This document shows, one piece after another, positions 39,768 to 52,498 of a DNA stretch of 64,000 bases. The notes beneath the pieces were generated by a model. That model was not told the origin of the DNA, ran no database searches, and worked only from the letters and a program-made list of their open reading frames with translations. Each line of letters begins with the position of its first letter. Position 1 is the first letter of the stretch. This stretch comes from Geosiphon pyriformis uo1 (Eukaryota > Fungi > Glomeromycota). The stretch covers positions 500,373 to 564,372 of the forward strand of contig JAAOMT010000003.1 of the NCBI GenBank assembly GCA_016748015.1, written 5' to 3'. The position numbers and the translations under genes were made by a program.

Positions 39768-42700
39768 ATGGCGAAATTTGTAATGACCGGCTCGTTTGTG
39801 CTCATTTTAACAGTAATTTTTTTGATCTCATCATTGTTCTTTGAACATATTGATGCGATTAATGGTCCCATTAAAAGACTATCAAGGTAATTTGGATTTT
39901 TTTTGAATAATTTTAGAAATGGTTTAAATTTATCCTGGTTTCATGATTTTTTTTTTTGAACCTCGTACAACTTTGATAATTTGTGTGTTAGAATATCGTT
40001 TCCTTGATGAATAAATCAAAAAAGACAATGTTTATTATTTGTTAAAATTTCTTTCAATCAAAAATTCATATTTTAAATATATATATATTACAAAAACAAT
40101 TGAAAATAAACTTTTCTTTTCTCACAAATTTTCAAGGCGAAGAAATGCGTCTTTAAAATCTCGAGATATCCCAAGTGGTCCAATACTTGTCAACGGAAAA
40201 CCACAAAATCCAGGATCTTCATATTCCTATTCTTCGTACTCTTCCTCTTCCAAGTCCTCTTACTCCTCTTCTAGCTCATCTGACGGCTCAGGTTCTTCTG
40301 ATGGTCAAGGAACAACAGGTCAATCATCAGGTTCTTCCGGAAGCCAAAGTGGAACAATCCAAGGCTCGCAATCCTCTTCTGGTTCTTCCACTGGTCAAGG
40401 AACAAGTCAAGGCGCAACAAGCCAAGACGCAACAAGCCAAGGTGCAACAAGTCAAGGTGCAACAAGCCAAAGTGGAACAAGCCAAGGTTCGCAATCCTCT
40501 TCTGATTCTTCAAACATTCAAGGGATAATAAATCAATACGGTTTGGGTTCTGCCGGTAGTCAAGGAACAACAAATGATGGTAGATTTTCACAAGCAATTG
40601 ATGCTATATCACGTTATTTTGGATTTGGTGGTACAACAAGCCAAAGTTCGCAATCCACAACAGGCTCTTCCAGTAGTCAAGGAACAACAAATCAATCATC
40701 AGGTTCTCTCAGTGGCCAAGGTGCAACAAGTCAATCAACTGATCAAGGTTCAATCACTTCTGGAAGCCAAGGAACAACAAATCAAGGTTCACAATCTTCA
40801 TCAGGTTCTCTCATCGGCCAAAGTTCAACAGGTCAATCAACTGACCAAGGTTCAACCACTACTGGAAGCCAAGGAACAACTGATCAAGGTTCACAATCTT
40901 CATCAGGTTCTCTCACCGGCCAAGGTACAACAGGTCAATCAACTGGCCAAGGTTCAATCACTTCCGGAAGCCAAGGAACAACAAATCAAGGTTCGCAATC
41001 TTCATCAGGTTCTCTCATCGGAAGTTCAACAAGTCAATCAACAGATCAAGGTTCAACGTTCAACCACTTCCGAAGCCAAGGAACAACAGATCAAGGTTCG
41101 CAATCTTCATCAGGTTCTCTCATCGGCCAAGGTTCAACAGGTCAATCAACTGATCAAGGTTCAATCACTTCCGGAAGCCAAGGAACAACAGATCAAGGTT
41201 CGCAATCTTCATCAGGTTCTCTTACTGGCCAAAGTTCAACAGGTCAATCAACAGATCAAGGTTCAACCGCTACTGGAAGCCAAGGAACAACAGATCAAGG
41301 TTCACAATCCTCATCAGGTTCTCTCAGTGGCCAAGGTACAACAGGTCAATCAACTGACCAAGGTTCAACCACTACTGGAAGCCAAGGAACAACAGATCAA
41401 GGTTCACAATCTTCATCAGGTTCTCTCACCGGCCAAGGTACAACAGGTCAATCAACTGGCCAAGGTTCAATCACTTCTGGAAGCCAAGGAACAACAGATC
41501 AAGGTTCACAATCCTCATCAGGTTCTCTCACTGGCCAGGGTACAACAGGTCAATCAACTGATCAAGGTTCAACCACTATTGGAAGTCAAGGAACAACAGA
41601 TCAAGGTTCAACCGCTACTGGAAGCCAAGGAACAACAGATCAAGGTTCACAATCTTCATCAGGTTCTCTCACCGGCCAAGGTACAACAGGTCAATCAACA
41701 GATCAAGGTTCGACCGCTACTGGAAGCCAAGGAACAACAGATCAAGGTTCACAATCTTCATCAGGTTCTCTCACCGGCCAAGGTACAACAGGTCAATCAA
41801 CTGGCCAAGGTTCAATCACTTCCGGAAGCCAAGGAACAACTGATCAAGGTTCGCAATCTTCATCAGGTTCTCTCATCGGAAGTTCAACAAGTCAATCAAC
41901 AGATCAAGGTTCACAGTCTGTTTCAACCACTTCCGTAAGCCAAGGAGCAACTGATCAAGGTTCGCAATCTTCATCAGGTTCTCTCATCGGAAGTTCAACA
42001 AGTCAATCAACTGATCAAGGCTCACAGTCTGTNNNNNNNNNNNNNNNNNNNNNNNNNNNNNNNNNNNNNNNNNNNNNNNNNNNNNNNNNNNNNNNNNNNN
42101 NNNNNNNNNNNNNNNNNNNNNNNNNNNNNNNNNNNNNNNNNNNNNNNNNNNNNNNNNNNNNNNNNNNNNNNNNNNNNNNNNNNNNNNNNNNNNNNNNNNN
42201 NNNNNNNNNNNNNNNNNNNNNNNNNNNNNNNNNNNNNNNNNNNNNNNNNNNNNNNNNNNNNNNNNNNNNNNNNNNNNNNNNNNNNNNNNNNNNNNNNNNN
42301 NNNNNNNNNNNNNNNNNNNNNNNNNNNNNNNNNNNNNNNNNNNNNNNNNNNNNNNNNNNNNNNNNNNNNNNNNNNNNNNNNNNNNNNNNNNNNNNNNNNN
42401 NNNNNNNNNNNNNNNNNNNNNNNNNNNNNNNNNNNNNNNNNNNNNNNNNNNNNNNNNNNNNNNNNNNNNNNNNNNNNNNNNNNNNNNNNNNNNNNNNNNN
42501 NNNNNNNNNNNNNNNNNNNNNNNNNNNNNNNNNNNNNNNNNNNNNNNNNNNNNNNNNNNNNNNNNNNNNNNNNNNNNNNNNNNNNNNNNNNNNNNNNNNN
42601 NNNNNNNNNNNNNNNNNNNNNNNNNNNNNNNNNNNNNNNNNNNNNNNNNNNNNNNNNNNNNNNNNNNNNNNNNNNNNNNNNNNNNNNNNNNNNNNNNNNN

Positions 42701-43985
42701 NNNNNNNNNNNNNNNNNNNNNNNNNNNNNNNNNNNNNNNNNNNNNNNNNNNNNNNNNNNNNNNNNNNNNNNNNNNNNNNNNNNNNNNNNNNNNNNNNNNN
42801 NNNNNNNNNNNNNNAGGTACAACAGGTCAATCAACTGATCAAGGTTCAATCACTTCCGGAAGCCAAGGAACAACAGATCAAGGCTCACAATCCTCATCAG
42901 GTTCTCTCACCGGCCAAGGTACAACAGGTCAATCAACTGATCAAGGTTCAACCACTATTGGAAGTCAAGGAACAACAGATCAAGGTTCAACCGCTACTGG
43001 AAGCCAAGGAACAACAGATCAAGGTTCACAATCCTCATCAGGTTCTCTCAGTGGCCAAGGTTCAACAGGTCAATCAACTGATCAAGGTTCAACCACTGCT
43101 GGAAGCCAAGGAACAACAGATCAAGGTTCAACCGCTACTGGAAGCCAAGGAACAACAGATCAAGGTTCACAATCTTCATCAGGTTCTCTCACCGGCCAAG
43201 GTACAACAGGTCAATCAACTGATCAAGGTTCAATCACTTCCGGAAGCCAAGGAACAACAGATCAAGGCTCACAATCCTCATCAGGTTCTCTCACCGGCCA
43301 AGGTACAACAGGTCAATCAACTGATCAAGGTAGTATTAGCAGTAATGGTCAGTCTAGCAATGGCAATGGCAATGGTAATGGCAATGACAATGGTAGTCAA
43401 AGTAGTGATGGCAGTAACAGTGAGAGTGCCAGCGGACAAAATAAAAACATTGATGGCAGTAACATCAGTGGTCAAAGTACCAACGGAAACGCCCAAATTA
43501 GCAGTAGCAATTCACAACAATCTAATGTCAACCAAGGCAACAGTGCCTTTACTTCAACTGCTTCTGGCGGGTTTTTCTCAACGAGTATTGCGATCAATAC
43601 AATTTCTGGAACAACGTATACGACAACCTATACATTTTCTGGATCCACTGCCTTTACTACAACTGGCACAACTGATTCTTTTTCAGCTACAGCAACTGAT
43701 TCCACAATAACTGGGACACAAACGACAGACTTCACAAGCGCTACTTTTACTACTGATTCAACAAACTCAACTACTGATTCAACAAACACCACTACTGATT
43801 CACCAACCTCAACTGATTCAACAGACTCCACTGATTCCCCAACCTTAACAGCATCTACACAAAACGATACTAGAAACAATACCGATTCACTTCAATCTTC
43901 GGCCGTTCCCTTGAACATATCGATATATTTTGCTTTCTCAGTTATTCTTATATCGACTTTTTGTTTTAACGCTCCCAAGCTATAA
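39768..43985 (+). CDS. Secreted, probably GPI-anchored Ser/Gly/Thr/Gln tandem-repeat cell-surface protein (one intron ~39887-40136; spans a gap)
   Basis: Signal peptide MAKFVMTGSFVLILTVIFLISSLFFEHIDA, dibasic KR/RRR sites, 34-aa repeats, Thr-rich stalk, hydrophobic tail ...SSAVPLNISIYFAFSVILISTFCFNAPKL*. Confidence 0.8.
40672..43330 (+). repeat. Coding tandem repeat, 102-nt unit (GSQGTTDQGSQSSSGSLTGQGTTGQSTDQGSTTT) with shorter variants
   Basis: ggaagccaagg recurs at 40762, 40864, 40966 (102-nt spacing); array interrupted by gap 42033-42814. Confidence 0.95.
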
Positions 43986-44560
43986 ATTTTAGAATTCGGG
44001 AATAATTTGATTTTCACAAAACATTGCAATATCGCATGGCTCTGAAAAAATAAGCATTTCAAATCTTCCAATGGCTGGCTACAGATATTATAGAGTTAAA
44101 TTTAGACCTTGACTCAATTAACTGTTAATTATTATCACTTTTTTCTAATGCACCAATTAATTGTACAAATAGATTTCATTCTGAATAAAGCCTTCAATAT
44201 TTTTTAATTTACATAATCCACAAATTAATCCAATCTTTAAACTGGGCATAAATAGTATTGAAAATTTTTACTACACGTCATACGTTGAATGCAAGAAAAT
44301 ATTAACCTCAACTTTCCTGAGTAGCCATTCAAGTTCAACATCCTTTAGATGGCTAAATCTCATCAACAGGAAGAAGCCTAATGACCAGAAAAACTTTGTA
44401 ATGATAGGAATCTATTTTGGAATTTCAACTTGATGGGAACAGGTTGTGGAAGGAAAATTAATTAAAATGGATTATTTATCGAGAGAATATCATTTACTAG
44501 ATGTTGGGATTCCTAGAACTGTGCTTTACAGTTGAAGCAATGCAATAATTATGAAAATTT

Positions 44561-44970
44561 TCAGCGGGTATTTGCCAAACTCGAAGTTTGATTGTGAAAA
44601 TATCTGTATTTTTTGACAAAATTGAGTCTTTTAACCTGGTGTTTAATAAAAATTAAACGTTTTTTCATGGAATACAAGAGTGAATTCCTTCTTTTTTTTA
44701 TAGTGCGTTGAATATTCGGTTTGGCCATTATTTTGTTCAGAAAAAAGTTGTTAAATTTGATTCGTGAAAATTTTTTATTCCAAAGAATTGTTGACATCAG
44801 ACGTTTTGGACTGAGGACATCTCGGTGAATTTTTATTTGATCAAGTTCATGAAACAGTTGTTTGAGAACATTCAACAATTTTAGCTATTTTTTTGTGTGT
44901 AGCATTTAATTTTTGGCATAAAAAATATTTTTTTTTGTTCTGCTGTAATATTTTTGCAAATCCCATTTTG
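44561..44970 (-). mobile_element. Tc1/mariner transposase relic (N-terminal DNA-binding part only)
   Basis: ATHKKIAKIVECSQTTVS (HTH) and ...KKRLIFIKHQVKRLNFVKKYR (KKP-L...H...RL-FA-type motif) in broken frames; no DDE domain seen. Confidence 0.6.
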
Positions 44971-46148
44971 TGTGATAAGACGCAGCAATCACAAAAAAAT
45001 TTTAATTTCACTCTCCCAATTATCCCATTTAACCAAAAAAAAAGCTTGCACAAAAATATTTAATATTGGACATTGACAAGATATTAACAATTGTATTAAA
45101 TAACATTCTCAGCAAGAAATGGAATAAATTTGTATATACATACAAGACTTATAAAAATTTAGTAATTATTTAAGTTATTTTCCATGGAGAAAGCAAGTTG
45201 CCTGTTTATATAGTGTAATCAAATTTATTTTTAATATTCAATAAAAGTGATCAATTATATTATATAAAAAAGAAATAAAATGTGACAATAAACATTGTTT
45301 TTTTTGGAGCATTCATTATTTTTTTCTATGACCATAAAATTCTTTGTTTTTTTTAGAATAATTTCAATTATACAAAATACAATCTTGCATTAAAATAAAA
45401 ATTATATAAATTGTAACTAAGAATCATTTTCTAGAGTTGTGACATCCACACAACTCTATTTATTTTTTTGACTAGTTTTATTCCACATCTTCACTTTGTT
45501 GCAGTATACCCCATAGTCATTATTATTATTAATAAGGGAAATTAAGCACTAATCATTTCATCTTGAGAAATTATTCTTTACTCAAATATCTTCTAATCTT
45601 GGCTCCCATGAAGTATTGAGATATCATAGTTTAATTTCCTTCTTAAGCGCTAGAATTTCGCTTTAACTTTGAAATTTGTTTCAAAAGAATCGCTTAATAG
45701 TATCACTAAAAAACAGCGAGCATGGCAACCTACAAACCCTTCCATGTGGTGCCCATAGAATTATTCACCGAAATAGTCAGTCTTGGGCATATCGAGGAAT
45801 GTTTGACAGTTTGCAGTTTTTCTCAGTAGCTTAATTATGAAAATCTTAAATTCCATGATATAAGAATAGTATTCGAGTTCCATGAATTTTTCTCAATTTA
45901 ATTTAAGCCTTTCAATCTTACCCTTTTAAACTTGGTCGAAGGTTCTGTAGATCAAACTTAATGTCGTTGTAAAAAATTTCTTTTTATACTTGACTTTCTT
46001 ACATCGAACATATTTTAACTTGCGATTAATATCGTGAGAAATGTCTGAATTTAAACGCATTCTTTACTAAAACAAAATGCACCGTCCAATTTATCAATTA
46101 TCATTTCAATCTGAATTACATCAACTCCATTCTTGTTTCACATAATTG

Positions 46149-48483
46149 TCAATTATCGTCAGCTGATTTTCCAACTTGGCTTTGACAACTCGTAGTACTG
46201 CTTACACTACCACTTCTACTAAGAGCAGGTACAAGAAGATTCGAAGCCGAAGCCAAACCGAGAATTCTCCCAACACACTCCCTTCCAGCAGTCTGTGTGC
46301 TGACAGCTTCATACAAAGTTTGTGCTAGCTCCTGAGCTGCTTTATCCAGCTGACGTTGAACCTCTTTAGCCTCGTCATTCGCACCACGTTCTTTTAAATA
46401 TTTTTCACGTTTTGTCAGAAAATCCACTAATCTCTCCAAATTTTCTACGGCTTCCTGACGATATTGCCGTTTTTTCACACGCTCATGTTCTTCGGTTTCT
46501 TCACGTTTTCGTTTCAGATTTATTAATTCAAATTGCATTGCTTCTTTTTCATGGCTGGGAGTAAGAATAGATGGTGCTAGTGTTGGTTGTCGTACGGATA
46601 CTTCAAAAATTGCCGAGCCGTCTGTAACTGTAAATGTGGTGAAATCCTTTTCCGGTGTTATATGCCAGGTGTTTGGGTAAGATTTAACAAGTGACTTAGT
46701 TTCTCGAATATCAATTAAAATAAATGATTTGATGGGAATGGAAGAATATGTGCCGCCTAATTGATCAGTTGAAAGGGAATCACGGATTGAAATAGTTTTT
46801 AAAAAATAGTCTATAATAACAAGCTGAGACTACAATCATTTAGTTTCCAGGTTACATACCATCTTTAAATCGTTGATGATGTTTTTTCAAATCTGTACCA
46901 TCAATTAACAATTCAATCGCCCACTGCGGTTCTGAAATGTAAAAGTCAACAGCACCATCAACTGCAAATATTTTTCCGACATCCGGTGAAATATGCATGT
47001 CCTCTGGTAGACAACTGTAAATTGCACGATAAAACTCCATCTGCCAAACACGCTCTAATAATCGAACACCATCTTTGGACCGGCCAAGACTATTAGACAA
47101 AGCTCTCGAATTGAGACGTGCTAATGATTCACGAACTAAGTCTTGAAGAGAAAAACCTTCTTCCAATGGATTCTTGGCTGATATACAGCGATGAAAAAAA
47201 GAAAGCAGCCTTGCAACTGGTGAAACAAACCCAACTCTACCTTCCCTCAGAATAAACTCTGGTCCTTTGTCATCAATATAAAATAAAACACCAGCTTTTA
47301 GAAGGGCTGTAACTGTTGCATCTGGGCCAGTTGAAGGAATTCGAATTTCGTCCCTAAGAAGTAATTTATCAATAACCTCACCCTCCTCTTTGTTGAATTT
47401 ATACAAAGGTGCACCTCGATGAGCTTTGAGATGTTCGATAAAATCAGGTGTAGTAAAATACGACATAATCTGACTATCTGTGGTTTTTTTATAATTGGTG
47501 CCCCGATAGGCAAAATGATTGTCTATTCCATTAAGTATCCATCGAATCAATCCTAAATGACCAGCTGTAAAGTCCATAATATGTTTCGCTATTTTGTTAC
47601 TCACAAAAATTTTTTTCTTTGAATTATAAGTGTTGAAAGCCTCAACGAGTTCAAATAACTCCGATTCTGTACAACGTACCAGTCCGAAACCATACTTCTG
47701 TTGAAAATCGACTGGACTTTGTGCTAAAGTTGCCAATCTACCGCCAGTAGAAAAGGCAACTACCTTAATTGTATCCCTACCCAAAGATCCTTGGCGGCAT
47801 AGAGATTTTATACGAAGCCAGAATGTATCGTACTGTTGTCCATCGAAAATGTGATGAGTTTCGTCAAGAATGATAACACGTTCCCCATGTTTCGGATTTA
47901 GCCAGTATTTCCAACTTTTTCCTGTCTCATTAATCCAAAATTCTTCAAAAGGCATATCTTCGACACCCAAAAAACAAACTTGTAATACAGGCGTCCCTTT
48001 TTTACGATAATATTCTTCTAATAGGATACAAAGAGATGTTTTCCCAGTGAATGGTGGTGCTCGAATTAAGATCACTCGATCTTGTTGAATAAATTGACGA
48101 ATCCTCGTGACAGTTTCTTCACGACGCGTGATCCAATTATCGGTTTTTAAACTGATTCCTTCATTTTCGATAGATGGCATATTTATGTCGCAGTCGACGC
48201 TCGAAAAGGAATCAAGATTATTTAAGTCTTGAATATTGATCTCAGGTTCTTTCAACCTTTCTAATTCCCTGGAAAAAGTGAACTCGAGTTCCAAAGGAAA
48301 GTCTTCGGCGTTTTTGCTGGATTCTCGAGTAAATAAAGATGTGTTAGGGTATGGTTGATAAGAGTTCGGTTCTTCGATATTACTAACAGTCTCACTGTTA
48401 TCGGTGCTGCTTCTGTTAACGTTATTGCCTTTGTTATTGTTATTGTTGCTTAGATTGAAAAATCTTTCCAATTCATTACTCAT
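46149..48483 (-). CDS. P-loop NTPase fused to PD-(D/E)xK-type nuclease (Crinkler-type NTPase-REase module) with a C-terminal coiled coil; 2 exons
   Basis: Walker A APPFTGKTS, Walker B VIILDE, ERVWQMEFYRA...ISPDVG...GAVDFYI...WAIELL; GT-AG intron 46859-46757 joins in frame to ORF 46538-46149. Confidence 0.85.
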
Positions 48484-50903
48484 TGTGGGAATAAAACGAG
48501 ACAATAAATTATGAAAAAATTTCGGCTTCTATATAAGACAAATAGGAGTTTGTCTCTTCTAATTGAAAGACAATGAATAAAATTTTTGATGCAGGAAGTT
48601 AGTGTATTGAATTTGCTCTTTTTGAGAACATTATATCAAAGGTACGTCCTAGGAGGTTGGTGCTTCAAAGTTTTCGGCGGGTAATAGAGCTCAATAAAAG
48701 ACTGTCACGAACCAAAATTCAATTTTTGTATGAGCAATTATAACAACGATTTGAGATATTGAAGGTTGAACAAACCTGTTTATTGAACTCGGATTATATA
48801 TATGGATACTTTTATTGACCAAAATACTTTAACACCAAATTCACATCTTGGATGATATCGAGATTTCTAAGAGAAGCTTTACTTGGCTTCCTTCAATGTA
48901 ATCAAGAGCAAGAAAAAAAATTAATGTAATCAAAACATGTTCTCAAGATAATATTGCAATATGTGAACATATTACCAAATAAGAAATCCCTTCATTTTCA
49001 TGTGCAAAGAAAAAATTCATAATTTTTTTTATTGGCTTTCAAGACTCGAAGCGATGCCCAAGTTTTAAGTCCCGCAACCTTTTGATCAGGAAACCCTGCT
49101 TTTAAAATAAGTAAATTTTTTAATCACGCAGGATTCAGACAGATTTTGAATAATAAGGCTGCAAGGGATATTTCATCAATTAGATTATCTTAAGACTTTT
49201 TGCAATTCATCAATTTTTTGGAGTGCTGTGAATTCAACTCATTGAATAGTTCTCATAAAAATTTTAAAAGGAAAACTTTTCATTTTTCATGGTGAATAAT
49301 TTATCGTATTTTAAGGCATTAAACTTTTTGCTTTCATGTATTCTTTACCCTGTTCTAAATACAGAATCTTCAGTGCTGCATGAAGCTTGAAAGGGTGCGG
49401 GTATTTTTTGGTCTGAATTCTTGATCTCATGTAATAATTATTTTAGAGATAACCCATTTGGAGATTTTAATTAAAGTTTTGATTGGCATTTCATGAAAAA
49501 CTGGATTTACCAAAATTGACGACATTACAATTAAGCATTATTTTCAAAGGCTTTGCTCAAATCGATAAAATTCAGGGGTCTAGGATTTTACGTAAGTCTA
49601 GAAAATTCTCCTTTCCCACCCTTACAGCTTATAATATTTCTAGAAAAATCGGCAGTGTTTATGATAATGTAAGCTTATCAAGCCTTAGCTGTTTAGCTTG
49701 GATTAATGCATTTTTTTTAATACAATCATAATATCCGTATTATCAAAATATTATTCAAAGAAGCAGATTCCCTTTTTGAGGTCAAATTACGAGAGATCAA
49801 GTTTTTCTCAAGGTCTTTCAATTAGAAAATTTTAATATTATCCACAATTTTGTAAATCGTAGCTAAAACTAATTTGATATTGTTTTCTGCAACTTCCCGT
49901 CCCTGAAAATCGTTTATTTCTCCGGTAAAATGCGCATTTAAGCATGAATATTTATGGGTTTAATTGTTCTTTAGATTTATTCTATTAAAATTCAAAAACC
50001 AATCGATTTGGTAACCAAGACAAATTAGTTTTTTCCTATCCAACTTCAGTGAAAGGTATCGGAATTGACACTGACCAGAACTGGAATCGTTTCATCATTA
50101 TCCATGTGGCTTTTGTCTCGGCCTTATTATTCATCAAATTTTTATATTAATCTCAAATTGGCGGATAATAATCAGATAATTTTCCCTACTTCGAATCTCC
50201 AAATGTGAAGTTTAAAACCACTGAAAAGAGAGACATGAAATACCACTTATTTATTGATTTAAACTTCTCTATTCGAATAATCTATCTGAAAAATAGATTG
50301 TTCTATATGAACCCAATTAAGCTCGTTTTTTTTTGGGCTCTTACTTGATTCAGGGGGATGGAAATTTTATATCGAAATATGAGTGCCTAGTTATAAAGAA
50401 TCGGAAATGCTTCTTGAACTGATCTTATATTTCTAAATCTGGTATGGAATTGATTTATAGTGCAACAAAATGACTGATCTTATTTGCTATAGTTTATCAC
50501 AACTCTGTGTTTTAACGCGTCTGTATCTACACTTTATACAAAGAGACCTTTCAGCTACTTTATTTTGAATACAAACGCTATAAAAATAAAAGGAAAATTA
50601 TATACAAAGAGGAATGTTCGAAAAAAGCCAATTTAAAATATAGATATTCAACGGGTATTTCTTTGAAATGTTTATGAAAGTGTCGATTCAAATAATGTAG
50701 AAAAATCTGTTTCAGCAACTCTCCGTTTTAAAAAATGAAATTATCCTCCAGTCCAGTAATACCAGTCTATTAATCTAGAGGAAGTAAAAAAATTTCAATA
50801 AATGATCAACAATTCAATTAAGCACAGAATTCTTAATGCCCACATTCTGAAATCTTGATCCTTCCAATCTCTCGTCTCGGTTACATTTTCCCTTTGGTAT
50901 TTT

Positions 50904-52498
50904 TTAATCTCTTTGACTTTGTGGCCAATAACTAAATGAAGTAGAAAGGACAAAACTAAGTGAATTTAAAGATACAACAACAACAAGTGTTCTTTCTTTT
51001 ACCTACATGATCTTGAACAATCAAATCCTTCCCTTATATCTGTTAAGAATAAAATTTTCATGAAAATATATTAGATAGAATTCCAAAGACTTCTTCTATA
51101 CGAGCGCACAAAATTTTCTAGACTTACCACCAAAACTCGTCGAATTAATTGGATCAATGAACCTTAAAAACCTAGTTTTATATACTGCTTCAGGATGATA
51201 TCTTTGTGGCTTTTTGCAAAACCCATTAGTCATTTTTGATGCTACTGGATCAACTTCTAGGGATAGATGCCTCGGTATTTGAATATTGTCTTCCGATCCT
51301 ATTTTGGTACGAGCACTTAGCAAGCCTTCCAAAAGGTCAGCAGTTGGCCGTCTCCAAGGATCAGAATCCCAGCATCGTTCGATTAACTCTTTTAAGTGTA
51401 GTGGAATATGACTTCCAATATAAGGACGTAACCCATTATAAATACCTATATGAAGATGTGGATCATGGGCGCGATCGATAAAGGGCCTTTCTTTCATCAA
51501 ATATTCCCATATCACCATCCCGAAACTATAAATGTCAGCTGCTTGTGTGTATGCACCCCCAAGTAAAACTTCTGGTGCTACATAAGGCATTACACCATAG
51601 ACACCTTTTGCCGGTGAATGTTCTATCTCAACAGGTTTACTTAAGCCAACATCACCAATATAAAAATTCTTTCCAGATTGTAAAATGTTGCCGGCATGAA
51701 TGTTGCGATGAATTAAGCCAGCAGCATGAATTACAGAGAGACCAATAGCGATTTGTTTTAAGCTTTTAACCTCACCAGGTGAAAACTTATTATCCCCCTT
51801 ATTTCGAGATAAGTAAACGTTCAAATCTCCCTGGTCAGCGTATTGCATTATCATTGCGTATTCTTTTGTTGCAGGATTTTGGGTGATGCCATAGCAACGC
51901 AAAACATTTCGAAGTGAAAAGTTTTCAAAGTCTTGTCCATCAGGAGCACACCGCAATAATGCTTTTAGCTTTAAAATTAAACAATAAAAACAATATTGAT
52001 TGAATGTGTAATTGATTTTGTTAATATTGAGAAGCGGTTTAGAAATTGATTTAATAGGATGTTTACCTCGTTGAAAAAATCAGCTTGAATATTTTGAGAA
52101 TTTCGATGAGTTCTTAAAACAGTTCTTAAACCACATCGTCTTTCCCACATTGGCAAAGATTTCTGAGATTTTGAACCATCAAAAAATGGTGGTCCGTCCC
52201 GCGGACCTTCTTTCCAGGTAGCTGTATAAACGGTGCTAAAAGCTCCTTGTCCAATTTGCTTGATTTCACTAAATCGATTGTAAGGTATCCATTCGATAAA
52301 CGAGTAAATTGATGGAGCATCTCGTTGAATTTCTCGAATCACTTTATCGATGATTTTATTTCCGCTTGTCCATTTTGGGAATGCTTCTTGATACCGAAGG
52401 TATTCACAGTTTGAACACCAATAAAAATATGTTCTTGGATTTTTACAATTTCCACATGTTCCAAAATCGTCATCAGAGGCAGTTTGATCCCAAGCCAT
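50904..52498 (-). CDS. Tyrosine-kinase-like (Glomeromycotina expanded type) kinase, probable pseudokinase; last two small exons tentative
   Basis: CxxC..CxxC, WTSGNKIIDKVI, EWIPYNRF, IGQGAFSTVYTATW, CYGITQNP, HRNIHAGNIL, IGDVG, GVMPYVAPE, ADIYSFG, CWDSDPWRRP. Confidence 0.88.

Noticed and set aside
40574-41938. 454-aa ORF (VQQVNQLIKVQ...) overlapping the repeat protein, and the same frame after the gap in the 1223-aa ORF
   Set aside because: Shadow frame kept open by the repeat's limited codon set; the S/G/T/Q frame is the one linked to the signal peptide and GPI-like tail, and the switch across the gap reflects the estimated gap length
45722-45828. Short ORF with F-box-like pattern (VPIELFTEIVSL...CLTVC)
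   Set aside because: Only ~35 codons and no supporting downstream exon; cannot be told from chance without an HMM search
48600-49731. Possible decayed LRR/F-box coding remnants between the nuclease and kinase genes
   Set aside because: No recognisable motif and many stops in all frames
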